DNA of 26,008 nt. Source: an archaeon (lineage in GTDB: Archaea; B1Sed10-29; JAJSAI01). Below the pieces are notes generated by a model. It was not told the origin of the DNA, did not search any database, and was given only the letters and a program-made list of their open reading frames with translations. The stretch is taken from NCBI GenBank assembly GCA_024274695.1, contig JAJSAI010000027.1:1-26008 (forward strand). Direction: 5' to 3'. Made by a program: the position numbers and the translations under genes. Within the stretch, counting starts at the first letter, position 1. Every line of letters begins with the position of its first letter. Below, piece after piece: positions 13,069-21,070 of this stretch.

Positions 13069-15315
13069 GTGATAAAAAGGATAGAGCTCGAGAACTGGAG
13101 GAGCCACGAGAGGACAGTGCTAGAGTTCAGCAGGGGCACGAACGTGCTCGTGGGGATCATCGGTTCTGGGAAGAGCAGTGTCATGAACGCCATGTGCTAC
13201 GCGCTGTTCGGAACGTTCCCTGACCTACAGCAGAGGAGGCTCAAGCTGGACGACGTGATAATGAACAAGCCTTACCAGAAGAAGAGGGCGAGAGTGCTCG
13301 TGGCCTTCGAGCAGGACGGGAAGGAATATACTGTCGAGAGGGTGATAGAAAAAGGAAAGGGGAGTGTGGAAAACTTTTTCAGGGAGAACGGTGTCCTGAT
13401 AGAAGGTCCTAATTCTAAGAGGGTGACTGAAAAGGTTTCTGAAGTGCTCGGGATATCCTACGAGCTGTTCTCTAAAGCAGTCTACTCCGAGCAGAACAAC
13501 CTGGAGTACTTCCTGGAAATCCCCCGGGGCCAGAGGAGGCAGAAGATAGACGAGCTGCTGGGAATAACCCGGCTGGAGAGAGCGCGTAAGAACAGTTCCA
13601 AGGCTGTTAGGGAGCTAAAGCAGAGGATCGAGATCCTGGAGGAGGAGGCGGCGAGGGCACCCTCAGAAGAGGAGGTGGCCCGGAAGAGGGAGGAGGTCAG
13701 CGCTCTCGAGCGCGCCATCCGGGAACTGGAGGATAGGGAGGCGATGCTCGGGAAGGAGCTCAGGATCGCGGAAAAGCGGTTGGAGGAAGAAGAGAGGAGG
13801 GAAAAGGAGCACTCGCGGCTGTCGATGGAGCTCAAGAGAGAAGAGGGAAGAGCCCTTGCCCTGAAGGAAAAGGCTTCGGGCAGTAGCAGGCCTGAAAAAG
13901 AGGTCAGGGAAGACCTTGAACGTGTGAGAAGAGAAATAGAAACGGCGAGGGACGCTGAAGAGAAGAGGAAAGCGCTTGAAAGGGAAGCATCAAGGCTCAA
14001 GGGAGTGATCAGCTCCCTGGAGGAAGAGGCTGAAGAGATAAAAGAAGAGATGCAGGGCCTACCCGATCCTGAAAGGGTAAAGGCCAGGGCAAAGGATCTG
14101 GAAGAGGCCCTGGTGAAAGCGAAGACCGAGAGAGAATCCGCCCTGACGAGGGCAAGAGAGATTGTTAAGGAGATAGAAATGCTCTCGGGAAAGGACACCT
14201 GCCCGTTGTGCGGCAGCAGGGTCCAGGACCCTGAAAGGATAGTGAAAGAAAAAGAGGCTGAACAGAAAGCGCTTGAGGAAAAGGCAAGAGAACTGGACAG
14301 GAGGATAGCCTCTCTCTCCAGAGAAAAAGAAGCAGTGGAACGGGACACGCGCAGGGCGTCACGCAGGCAGTTCCTCGCGAGCAGGCTTCTGAGGATAGCG
14401 GAAGAGGCCAGGCTAAAGCGCGAGGAACTCAGGAAAGCTGAAGAGGCACTTGCAACACTGAAAGCAGGGGACGTGAGCGCACTATTGCAAGAAGAGTCCC
14501 GGCTACTGAAAGAGCTTGAGATCGCGAAGGCGAAAACAGAGTACCAGGAGGCTGTTAAACGGATAGAAACCCTGAAGAAGGAGATTGAGAAACTCGGGCA
14601 CGATCCAGGCAGACTGGAAAGAGTGAGGAGAACGTGCGAGGACCTGAGGGCCCAGCACGCTAGAACCGTGCAGGAGATAACTGGAGAAAAAAGACTTCTC
14701 CTGGAAAAGAAGCAGGCCCTGGAGAGGCTTGAAAAGGAGAGAGCAGGGGCACTGAAGGCCCTGGAGGAAAAGAAGGCGTGCGAGAAGGCGATCTCACGGT
14801 TCCTGTTCCTCGAGAGAGTGTTGGCAGCAGGCCAGGATCAGCTGAGGAAAGAGTTCATAGCAGAGGCCAACGAGGCTCTGAAGGAAGTCTGGAAGAGGAT
14901 ATACCCCTACGAGGACTACCAGAGCCTGAAACTGGATGTTGAAGAAGGGGATTACATCCTAAAACTGCTGACCAGAGGAGGGGAGTGGGTTAACGTGGAG
15001 GGAATAACCAGCGGGGGAGAAAGGAGTATCGCGTGCCTTGCCCTCAGGATAGCCCTCTCTTTCGTGCTGGCCAGGAACCTGAGCTGGCTGGTCCTGGACG
15101 AGCCCACCCACAACCTTGATAGGAACTCTGTCAGGGAGCTTGCGAGAACACTCAGGGAAAGCCTGCCGCAGATAGTAGAACAAGTGTTCATAATAACCCA
15201 CGACGAGGAACTAGAGGCCGCTGCGAGCGGGACATTGTACGTGCTGGACAGGAAAAAAGAAGAGGACGAGCCCACAAGGGTAAAAAAAGAGGTCTTACAA
15301 GACCTGCTGTTTTGA
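13069..15315 (+). CDS. rad50: Rad50 ATPase (SMC-like, zinc hook)
   Basis: 748 aa with a GTG start. N-terminal IELENWRSH...GIIGSGKSS (Walker A). Long coiled coil with a central CPLCG hook. C-terminal SGGERSIACLALRIAL signature and LVLDEPTHNLD (Walker B). Confidence 0.9.
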   Translation: MIKRIELENWRSHERTVLEFSRGTNVLVGIIGSGKSSVMNAMCYALFGTFPDLQQRRLKLDDVIMNKPYQKKRARVLVAFEQDGKEYTVERVIEKGKGSVENFFRENGVLIEGPNSKRVTEKVSEVLGISYELFSKAVYSEQNNLEYFLEIPRGQRRQKIDELLGITRLERARKNSSKAVRELKQRIEILEEEAARAPSEEEVARKREEVSALERAIRELEDREAMLGKELRIAEKRLEEEERREKEHSRLSMELKREEGRALALKEKASGSSRPEKEVREDLERVRREIETARDAEEKRKALEREASRLKGVISSLEEEAEEIKEEMQGLPDPERVKARAKDLEEALVKAKTERESALTRAREIVKEIEMLSGKDTCPLCGSRVQDPERIVKEKEAEQKALEEKARELDRRIASLSREKEAVERDTRRASRRQFLASRLLRIAEEARLKREELRKAEEALATLKAGDVSALLQEESRLLKELEIAKAKTEYQEAVKRIETLKKEIEKLGHDPGRLERVRRTCEDLRAQHARTVQEITGEKRLLLEKKQALERLEKERAGALKALEEKKACEKAISRFLFLERVLAAGQDQLRKEFIAEANEALKEVWKRIYPYEDYQSLKLDVEEGDYILKLLTRGGEWVNVEGITSGGERSIACLALRIALSFVLARNLSWLVLDEPTHNLDRNSVRELARTLRESLPQIVEQVFIITHDEELEAAASGTLYVLDRKKEEDEPTRVKKEVLQDLLF

Positions 15316-15325
15316 GGTTAGTGAG

Positions 15326-15334
15326 TTATATATA
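15326..15334 (+). promoter_or_regulatory. TATA box of the RHH-RelE cassette
   Basis: TTATATATA lies about 38 nt upstream of the ATG at 15368. SD GGTGA is at 15357-15361. Confidence 0.5.
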
Positions 15335-15367
15335 CTATTTTTGATACAAAAACAATGGTGAAATAGT

Positions 15368-15601
15368 ATGAATATTAATATAAAACTCGAAGGGATTCTT
15401 GAGAAAATAATAGAAAACGCGATAAAAAAGGGGCTGGTTAAAACGAAAGCAGAAGCGGTGAGACTAAGCGTGCTGGAGCTGGGAAAAGAGTACGGACTAT
15501 TAGAAGAACCTGAGCTTAACGAGAAGACCATCCGAGAACTAAGAAAAAGAGAAAAGCAAAAGCCCGTGAAGGCCAAATCTTTAAATGAGTTATTCAGGTG
15601 A
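15368..15601 (+). CDS. Ribbon-helix-helix (CopG/Arc-like) type II antitoxin
   Basis: 77 aa. N-terminal beta-strand and helices (MNINIKLEGILEKIIENAIKKGLVKTKAEAVRLSVLEL). It overlaps the downstream RelE-like gene by 17 nt and sits in an AT-rich island. Confidence 0.7.
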   Translation: MNINIKLEGILEKIIENAIKKGLVKTKAEAVRLSVLELGKEYGLLEEPELNEKTIRELRKREKQKPVKAKSLNELFR

Positions 15602-15863
15602 GCCTTTGTACGAACTTTATTATCATAAGGCAGTCAAAAAAGAAATAATAAAGCATTGTAAAAAGAATAAGAACCTAGAAACAGCTATCAGAAAGAAGAT
15701 AAAACAGATTCTTAAAAACCCGTATCAATTCAAACCCCTGAGAAAACCTCTTCAAAACAAGAGAAAAGTTCACATTCTCTCGTGCTATGTGTTGATATAT
15801 TCTATAAAAGACGGGAAAGTAATCTTAGAAAAATTCGGGCACCATGATGAGGTTTACAAGTGA
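15585..15863 (+). CDS. RelE/ParE superfamily type II toxin
   Basis: 92 aa. ...IKQILKNPYQFKPLRKPLQNKRKVHILSCYVLIYSIKDGKVILEKFGHHDEVYK matches the RelE pattern (i..l..nP...g.pL...l.g.......yR.iY.i......i..ighr.evY). Confidence 0.8.
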   Translation: MSYSGEPLYELYYHKAVKKEIIKHCKKNKNLETAIRKKIKQILKNPYQFKPLRKPLQNKRKVHILSCYVLIYSIKDGKVILEKFGHHDEVYK

Positions 15864-15868
15864 ACTGT

Positions 15869-16069
15869 TCACAGGACCTTCTCTTTTGAGAGCCTCACCA
15901 GGTACCCTGCCGCTATGTTCCTAGGGGTCTTTGACTGGAACACTCCCATTTCCTTGAGCACCTGCTTGTTGTGCTCGAAGTCTGTTGTGAACTTGTCCGG
16001 GAACCTTCTCTTCAGTTCCTTTATCTTGTTCGTGAGGCTAGTGTTTCTCTGCTTCCCCAATCTTCTCAC
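15869..16069 (-). CDS. rps17e: 30S ribosomal protein S17e
   Basis: 66 aa. ...FPDKFTTDFEHNKQVLKEM...PRNIAAGYLVRL is diagnostic of S17e. Confidence 0.9.
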   Translation of the reverse strand: MRRLGKQRNTSLTNKIKELKRRFPDKFTTDFEHNKQVLKEMGVFQSKTPRNIAAGYLVRLSKEKVL

Positions 16070-16268
16070 CCTTTATGTTGTAATACTCTACTTTCCCGTT
16101 CGGGTATTCTCTTATTATCGAGAAGGGCAGCACGCCCTTCCTCATCTCTTCCTTGGCTATTTCAGGGGCCTCCATCCCCTTCTTCACTCTTATCAGGGGA
16201 GGCGCTCCCCTTGAAAGCTGTAGTACTCTGACACCTACTACCCTAGCAATCTCAAAACGAGTGAGCAT
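16038..16268 (-). CDS. rpoK: DNA-directed RNA polymerase subunit K (Rpo6)
   Basis: MLTRFEIARVVGVRVLQLSRGAPPLI is the RpoK core. The ATG at 16268 lies 4 nt after SD GGAGGGTGG (16274-16282). The first codon in the ORF track (16283) is TTG inside the SD. The 3' end overlaps rps17e by 32 nt. Confidence 0.85.
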   Translation of the reverse strand: MLTRFEIARVVGVRVLQLSRGAPPLIRVKKGMEAPEIAKEEMRKGVLPFSIIREYPNGKVEYYNIKGEKIGEAEKH

Positions 16269-16312
16269 CAAGCCACCCTCCAAAGAACCGGAAAGTATTC
16301 TAACAAAAGCGG

Positions 16313-16320
16313 TTTAAAAA
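16313..16320 (-). promoter_or_regulatory. TATA box for rpoK-rps17e (may double as the oligo-T terminator after herA)
   Basis: Minus-strand TTTTTAAA lies about 45 nt upstream of the rpoK ATG. A GGAGG...CCTCC hairpin precedes it, just after the herA stop. Confidence 0.45.
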
Positions 16321-16369
16321 GGTTTCTGAACCCGGCGGGAGGAACAACCGCTCGCTATCCCTCCGAGTG

Positions 16370-17833
16370 TTACAGGAAAGCTCCCGCATCCTTCTTCTCT
16401 TTTTCCTGCTTCTCCTCGTATTCCCGGGTCGCCTGTTCAAAGTCTTTCCCGAGCCCTCCCTCTCTTGACCTCCGCTTCCTGATTTTCAGGAAGAGAGGGA
16501 AGTTCACGGCTTCTCCCACGAGAATGCCTTCCCCGACCCTAAGGCTCGTGATGCTGTCCAGGGTGCTCTGGTCTATTCCCTCGCTGGACTCTCCTATGTG
16601 CTTCAGGTCGTACGGGTTCGTTACCCTGAGGATCAGCTGGGTGTTGCACTGGGAAAGGGCGGTGGTGCTGAGCCTGACAGGCCTCTGGCTCACCAGGCAC
16701 AGGCTCGCCCCGAACTTCCGGCCTTCTCTTGCTATGGTCTCTATTATCCCCCTGCTGATGCTGCTGGACTCGTTCCCCGCAAAGTTATGCGCTTCTTCCA
16801 CAAAAAGCACGAACGGAGGAATCCTCCCATCCCTCCTGGCCCAGAAGAGGTTCCTGGAAACCCATGCCCCAAGCACTTGTTTCTTGTACAGGTTGGTCTC
16901 GCTCGCAAGGTTTATCACGCTAAGTGCTCCTGGCCTGGCAAGATCCTCCACAGAGATGTTTCCTGTCCTGTCAAACAATCCTGTCCCAGCGAGCTGCTCC
17001 AGCCACGCGTTCAGGGCCCTGGCTGTGGATCCTCCGACCTTTTGCTCGACAGCGTCCATGACATCGGCCAGGTCGTACGGGCCTGATCCTGCGGACTGTC
17101 TCGCCCGCAGGTCCGCGAGCACTCCCCCAAGCTCTCTTTTCTGGACTTCTGTCATTCCAGGCATGAAAAGGGAATAGTCTGACACGGTCAGGCTTGGGAC
17201 TGGGATCCTGACGTTCTCGTAAACCCTTGTCCGGGAGGCGTACGCAGGGTCTTCAGCGAATCCAGTGTACTCTCCGTGCACGTCCAGCACTATCACGGCT
17301 GGCCTCGCCTGCTCCCGGTCCAGCAGTTCTTCTATCATCACGCTCACCGCGTACGATTTCCCTGCCCCTGACATGGCGAGGACCGCGACGTGCTTCTGGA
17401 ACATCTTGCTGAGGCTTACCCTTACCGGAATCCCATGATGCTCCAGAGAGCCCAGGTGCAGGCCGTTCGGGTCAAAACCGAGGAACCTTTCCAGTTCTTC
17501 AGCCGAGGCGACGCGGACTTCTGATCCCGGAGAGACGGCCTGGAAGGGCCTTCTTATGCCCTCTTCAGATAGAACCCCGTATACCCTGACCCTGGCGGTC
17601 TCAAGCTCCCAGTCCCTGGCAGGAAGCTTTTCGGGGATCGAGCCAGACCTTTTCATGGTCTCCGGGCTCTCGTAGTACCTGTTGCTCCGGTAGACCTCTG
17701 TAACCATCCCGATGACAGTGCCGTCCTGTGAGTCCACGGCCACGAACATGTTCTTCTTCACTGGCTCAGAGGCCACGAAGTAGTATTCGAGCGTGCTCGG
17801 GCTCGAGTCCAGTGACAAAACCCTACCGATCAT
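16370..17833 (-). CDS. herA: HerA-type DNA helicase/translocase (DUF87, FtsK-HerA superfamily)
   Basis: 487 aa. N-terminal HAS-barrel-like region, Walker A HVAVLAMSGAGKSY, Walker B FVLFVEEAHNF. It starts 10 nt after the hicA stop with SD-like GAGTGAT. Confidence 0.9.
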   Translation of the reverse strand: MIGRVLSLDSSPSTLEYYFVASEPVKKNMFVAVDSQDGTVIGMVTEVYRSNRYYESPETMKRSGSIPEKLPARDWELETARVRVYGVLSEEGIRRPFQAVSPGSEVRVASAEELERFLGFDPNGLHLGSLEHHGIPVRVSLSKMFQKHVAVLAMSGAGKSYAVSVMIEELLDREQARPAVIVLDVHGEYTGFAEDPAYASRTRVYENVRIPVPSLTVSDYSLFMPGMTEVQKRELGGVLADLRARQSAGSGPYDLADVMDAVEQKVGGSTARALNAWLEQLAGTGLFDRTGNISVEDLARPGALSVINLASETNLYKKQVLGAWVSRNLFWARRDGRIPPFVLFVEEAHNFAGNESSSISRGIIETIAREGRKFGASLCLVSQRPVRLSTTALSQCNTQLILRVTNPYDLKHIGESSEGIDQSTLDSITSLRVGEGILVGEAVNFPLFLKIRKRRSREGGLGKDFEQATREYEEKQEKEKKDAGAFL

Positions 17834-17843
17834 GGGATATCAC

Positions 17844-18092
17844 TCAAACGTATTTTTCAAATTCTTTGGGATCTATCCTTGCGAGCTTGAGGGCTCCAAG
17901 CAGTGTTCCTTTCTTGAGGGACTTGTGCAAGGGAACAACCGTTCCTATTTTTCCTTGTTCTGTTTCTTTTGACAACCGAACGTGGCTTCCTTTCCTGCCA
18001 CTTATTTTGAAACCAAAATGATTACAGAGTATCCTAACAACCTTTTCCCCGGAAAGTCCTTTAAGTTTTGACAACCCTCTCCTCCCCGGCAC
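17844..18092 (-). CDS. hicA: HicA family type II toxin (mRNA interferase)
   Basis: 82 aa. ...VVRILCNHFGFKISGRKGSHVRLSK...VPLHKSLKKGTLLGALKLARIDPKEF matches HicA (Gf.....GSH......vP.H..l..GtL..il.qagi). The start is GTG and is uncertain. Confidence 0.8.
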   Translation of the reverse strand: MPGRRGLSKLKGLSGEKVVRILCNHFGFKISGRKGSHVRLSKETEQGKIGTVVPLHKSLKKGTLLGALKLARIDPKEFEKYV

Positions 18093-18285
18093 GTACTTCG
18101 AACGTTGTTAGTAGAGTGGGACTTTCTTCGGGCAGGGGAAATTCTTCTAGATACAGTTCAGTAGCCTCTTTAAGGTTCTTGACAGCCTCTTCTATGGTCT
18201 TTCCTTGGCTAACGGTTCCCACTTCAGGGCACTCTGCCACGTACATATCCTCTTCCTTGTGTATCACGGCAGTCAGGACAACCAT
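18061..18285 (-). CDS. hicB: HicB-like antitoxin (UPF0150 N-terminal domain only)
   Basis: 74 aa. VIHKEEDMYVAECPEVGTVSQGKTIEEAVKNLKEATELYLE is the HicB/UPF0150 fold signature. It overlaps hicA by 32 nt. Confidence 0.8.
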   Translation of the reverse strand: MVVLTAVIHKEEDMYVAECPEVGTVSQGKTIEEAVKNLKEATELYLEEFPLPEESPTLLTTFEVRAGEERVVKT

Positions 18286-18343
18286 GCTTTACACCACATT
18301 CTCTTCTGCTTTTCCAGGTTAATAACCCTGCCGATCATGATCA

Positions 18344-19231
18344 TCACCTGAAAGGCCTTCTTTCCCTCCGGAGCGAGAGGCCCTGGTCTGTCCAGTACGC
18401 TTCCGCTTCTTTTAACCCTATCTTTGCCCTGAGGTCAGCCTCTATTATCGGCGCGGGTATCCCGTAGTCAGGAGAGACCGTGAGGCTGGCCAGCCATGCC
18501 GCCAGATCCTCTGGCCCGTACCTCCCGTTATCGTAGTACTCCACGCGCACGGGCATGTCATTGTTGGGCCGGTAGTAGAAGAACCTTATCCGCTCAGCAT
18601 GCTCTTCCGGAACATCCGAGAGTATTGGGTGTTCCCTGGAGTGCTTGGAGTAAGCGAAGGACTCGGTCATCTGCCCCGGGCCCAGCTTGTGCGCTAGCAC
18701 CAGCGTGTCGTTTTTTCCGGTGAGCGTGCTCGCTCTGGAATCCTCCACGATTCCTGCCAGCGTTTTCCCCTGCGCGGCGCGCGAGTATAGTTCCACGTAC
18801 TCTCCCAGCACCTGCTCGTACAAGCTCTTTCCCGCGCCCCAGGGCTTGTCCTGGGGCTGCATCACGAGCGACCCGTCGAGCAGGATCATGTCCGCGCGCC
18901 CGCAGGCGTCCAGCGCGCGGGAAACCTCTTTCCTGAGCCTGTGCAAGCCAGGAACGTCAAGCTCGTCCGCGATCACGGCAGGCTCTCCCAGGCCCAGGTA
19001 CTCTGTTCTTTTAAGGATTCCTCTCTCGTATTCCATGACGGCAGCCACTGTTCTGAGGAGGATTAGGGTCACGCCAGGAAGTTTTCGGACGCTGATCCCC
19101 CCGTCCACTCCCGCGACAGTTCCCGAGAACGGTTCGTCGGGAATGTTCAAAACGCGCACGCTGAGGGCTGATGCTGCTGCTTCGTGCTCTCTTCTTATCC
19201 TTTCTATCAGCTGGGGGATCATGCGTGTCAT
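18344..19231 (-). CDS. nurA: NurA 5'-3' nuclease
   Basis: NurA motifs VAGVDGGIS and MILLDGSLV. The 422-aa ORF in the track is an artefactual N-terminal extension that overlaps the divergent gene. Real starts are the ATG at 19231, or at 19222 (MIPQLIERIRR), which fits promoter geometry better. Confidence 0.8.
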   Translation of the reverse strand: MTRMIPQLIERIRREHEAAASALSVRVLNIPDEPFSGTVAGVDGGISVRKLPGVTLILLRTVAAVMEYERGILKRTEYLGLGEPAVIADELDVPGLHRLRKEVSRALDACGRADMILLDGSLVMQPQDKPWGAGKSLYEQVLGEYVELYSRAAQGKTLAGIVEDSRASTLTGKNDTLVLAHKLGPGQMTESFAYSKHSREHPILSDVPEEHAERIRFFYYRPNNDMPVRVEYYDNGRYGPEDLAAWLASLTVSPDYGIPAPIIEADLRAKIGLKEAEAYWTDQGLSLRRERRPFR

Positions 19232-19247
19232 ATTCTGACCGGCAGGG

Positions 19248-19254
19248 TAAAAAA
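19248..19254. promoter_or_regulatory. Central A/T box shared by divergent nurA and the metallophosphoesterase gene
   Basis: TAAAAAA is centred 27 nt from the GTG at 19278 and 29 nt from the ATG at 19222. The spacer is 55 bp if 19222 is the nurA start. Confidence 0.45.
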
Positions 19255-19277
19255 GGGTTTCCAACCCAGATAAGAGC

Positions 19278-19928
19278 GTGGCAAGGAAACTGAAAAAGGT
19301 CTTTGGAGCCCCAGCATGCGTCCTGGGAAACAGGCTTGTGATTGCTGACCTGCACGTTGGGATAGAGAAGGAACTGGCAAAGGAGGGTATTCGGGTCAGG
19401 GTAGACCCTTCCCCGATGCTCGAGGAGATCCTCAGGCTCCTGAACCTGACCAGGGCAAGAGAACTGCTTGTGCTCGGGGACTTGAAGCACGACGTGTACG
19501 GGGCGTCATGGCAGGAGAGAAAAGCCCTGCAGGAGTTCGTGGAAAACATTCCCGTTCCTGTGACATTGTTCAAGGGAAACCATGACGGCGGGATAGAGGA
19601 ATGGCTTGACATCCCGGTTGTCCAGCCCCAGGGGAAAAGGGTCCTGGGATACTGGCTGTTGCACGGGCACGCCAGGCCTCCTGAGGAAGAAAAGGGTCCT
19701 TTCCTGGCAGCACACTCTCACCCCGCTCTGTCTTTCCAGGATCCCTTCGGTGGCGTCAGCGTAGAGAAGGTCTGGGTGGAACAGGAAGACTTAATAATCA
19801 TGCCCGCGTTTAATCCCCTGATAGGAGGAAGTGATGTCAGGAAAGGGATTGCCGGACCCATGAAAAAATACTATGACCCGAAAAAGGCGAGGTTGTTCCT
19901 GTTGGACGGCTTGGAGGTCAGCGTATGA
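19278..19928 (+). CDS. Small calcineurin-like metallophosphoesterase (COG1407 / SbcD-Mre11-related archaeal family)
   Basis: 216 aa. Motifs in order: ADLHVG (DxH), LGDLKHD (GDxxD), GNHD, HGH, HSHP. It is much shorter than Mre11, with no capping or Rad50-binding regions. Confidence 0.8.
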   Translation: MARKLKKVFGAPACVLGNRLVIADLHVGIEKELAKEGIRVRVDPSPMLEEILRLLNLTRARELLVLGDLKHDVYGASWQERKALQEFVENIPVPVTLFKGNHDGGIEEWLDIPVVQPQGKRVLGYWLLHGHARPPEEEKGPFLAAHSHPALSFQDPFGGVSVEKVWVEQEDLIIMPAFNPLIGGSDVRKGIAGPMKKYYDPKKARLFLLDGLEVSV

Positions 19929-20269
19929 AGCAAGTGATCGTGGTCAGGAAGGACCTGAAGCTCCCTAAGGGGAAGCTCGCTGCCCAGGCCGCGCACGCTG
20001 CGGTGGCTGCCGCGGACCTCGCGAGGAAAAAGTGTCCTGAAAAGTGGAAGAAGTGGAAGCAGGAGGGCATGGCAAAGATAGTCGTGTACGTGGCCGACAA
20101 GAAAGAACTGTTCGAGCTAAAGGAAAGGATTCCTGACAAGATACCGAAGGCAGTGATAACGGACGCTGGAAGGACGGTCGTGGCCCCCGGGACCGTGACG
20201 TGCATGGGAATAGGGCCCTGGGACGAGGAAGAGCTTGACAAGTACACGGGAGAACTGAAACTGGTGTGA
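19925..20269 (+). CDS. pth2: Peptidyl-tRNA hydrolase, archaeal type (Pth2)
   Basis: 114 aa. KQVIVVRKDLKLPKGKLAAQAAHAAV...DAGRTVVAPGTVTCMGIGP is diagnostic of the family. ATGA overlap with the upstream gene. Confidence 0.9.
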   Translation: MKQVIVVRKDLKLPKGKLAAQAAHAAVAAADLARKKCPEKWKKWKQEGMAKIVVYVADKKELFELKERIPDKIPKAVITDAGRTVVAPGTVTCMGIGPWDEEELDKYTGELKLV

Positions 20270-20275
20270 TGCCGT

Positions 20276-20623
20276 ATGGGATGGATACTAAAGCGGAAGA
20301 GGGACTTGAAAAAGCTGTTGCTGGGGCTCAGGAGAAGGCAGGAGTCTCCTGAAGCGAGAAGAGCGAGGGAGAAAATCCTGGCGCACTCTAAAAAGCTGGA
20401 CATGCTGCTGGAAAAGAAGAGAGAGCAGGCCCTGAAAAACCCTATGTACCACAAGGTGGCTGCGAGGATGAAGTCTGACAAGAAGTTCAGAGAAGCCGCT
20501 AGGATGGTCGTGGAATCAGGAGGGGACGTGGAAGCGAAACTGAACGCGGTGGAGTACCTGAAGGCGCAGGGAGTGCCGGAACTGGAAGCATACGATTTCG
20601 CGGACACGGTCGCGATCCTGTAG
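20276..20623 (+). CDS. Hypothetical basic helical protein
   Basis: 115-aa ORF 6 nt after pth2, in an operon context. No family recognised. Confidence 0.5.
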   Translation: MGWILKRKRDLKKLLLGLRRRQESPEARRAREKILAHSKKLDMLLEKKREQALKNPMYHKVAARMKSDKKFREAARMVVESGGDVEAKLNAVEYLKAQGVPELEAYDFADTVAIL

Positions 20624-20684
20624 AGAAAGGGCCTGGGAGATGTGCTAGTGACCCCTAGAAAGAAAAAGAAGAAGTGAGAGATGG

Positions 20685-21047
20685 ATGGCGAACCCAAACT
20701 ATCAGAGAGGCTACCGGCTCGAGTACAGGACAAGGAAACTCCTTGAGGGCATGGGCTGGAAGGTTCTCAGGAGCCCCAGTTCCAAGGGAGAAGCGGACAT
20801 TATCGCGTTCAACAGGGACGCCAAGATACTCGTGCAGTGCAAGACAACAGCCAAGAACGCGTTGTACGTTTACGGGCTGGAAAAGCTCGTGCGGGAAGCA
20901 AAAGAGTACGGGGCAGTCCCTGTCCTGGCGTACTCTTTCCTCAGGACCCCAGTATACGGGGCGGTAGTGTCAGCCGGGAAGTTCAAGGCAAAAAAAGGGG
21001 GTGAAGAGAACACCAGGCTGGAAGAACTTTTAAAGAGGATCGCGTAG
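20685..21047 (+). CDS. hjc: Archaeal Holliday junction resolvase (Hjc-type endonuclease fold)
   Basis: 120 aa. RGYRLEYRTRKLLEGMGWKVLRSPSSKGEADIIAFNRDAKILVQCKT matches the Hjc E...D-x-K core pattern. Confidence 0.75.
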   Translation: MANPNYQRGYRLEYRTRKLLEGMGWKVLRSPSSKGEADIIAFNRDAKILVQCKTTAKNALYVYGLEKLVREAKEYGAVPVLAYSFLRTPVYGAVVSAGKFKAKKGGEENTRLEELLKRIA

Positions 21048-21070
21048 AAAAGGAAAAGGAGGTTTTAATC

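Noticed and set aside
19232-19612. The N-terminal 127 aa of the 422-aa nurA ORF in the track
   Set aside because: It is low-complexity Ser-rich sequence and overlaps the divergent metallophosphoesterase gene by more than 300 nt. NurA homology begins only after the internal ATGs at 19231 and 19222, which have the promoter box at the right distance.
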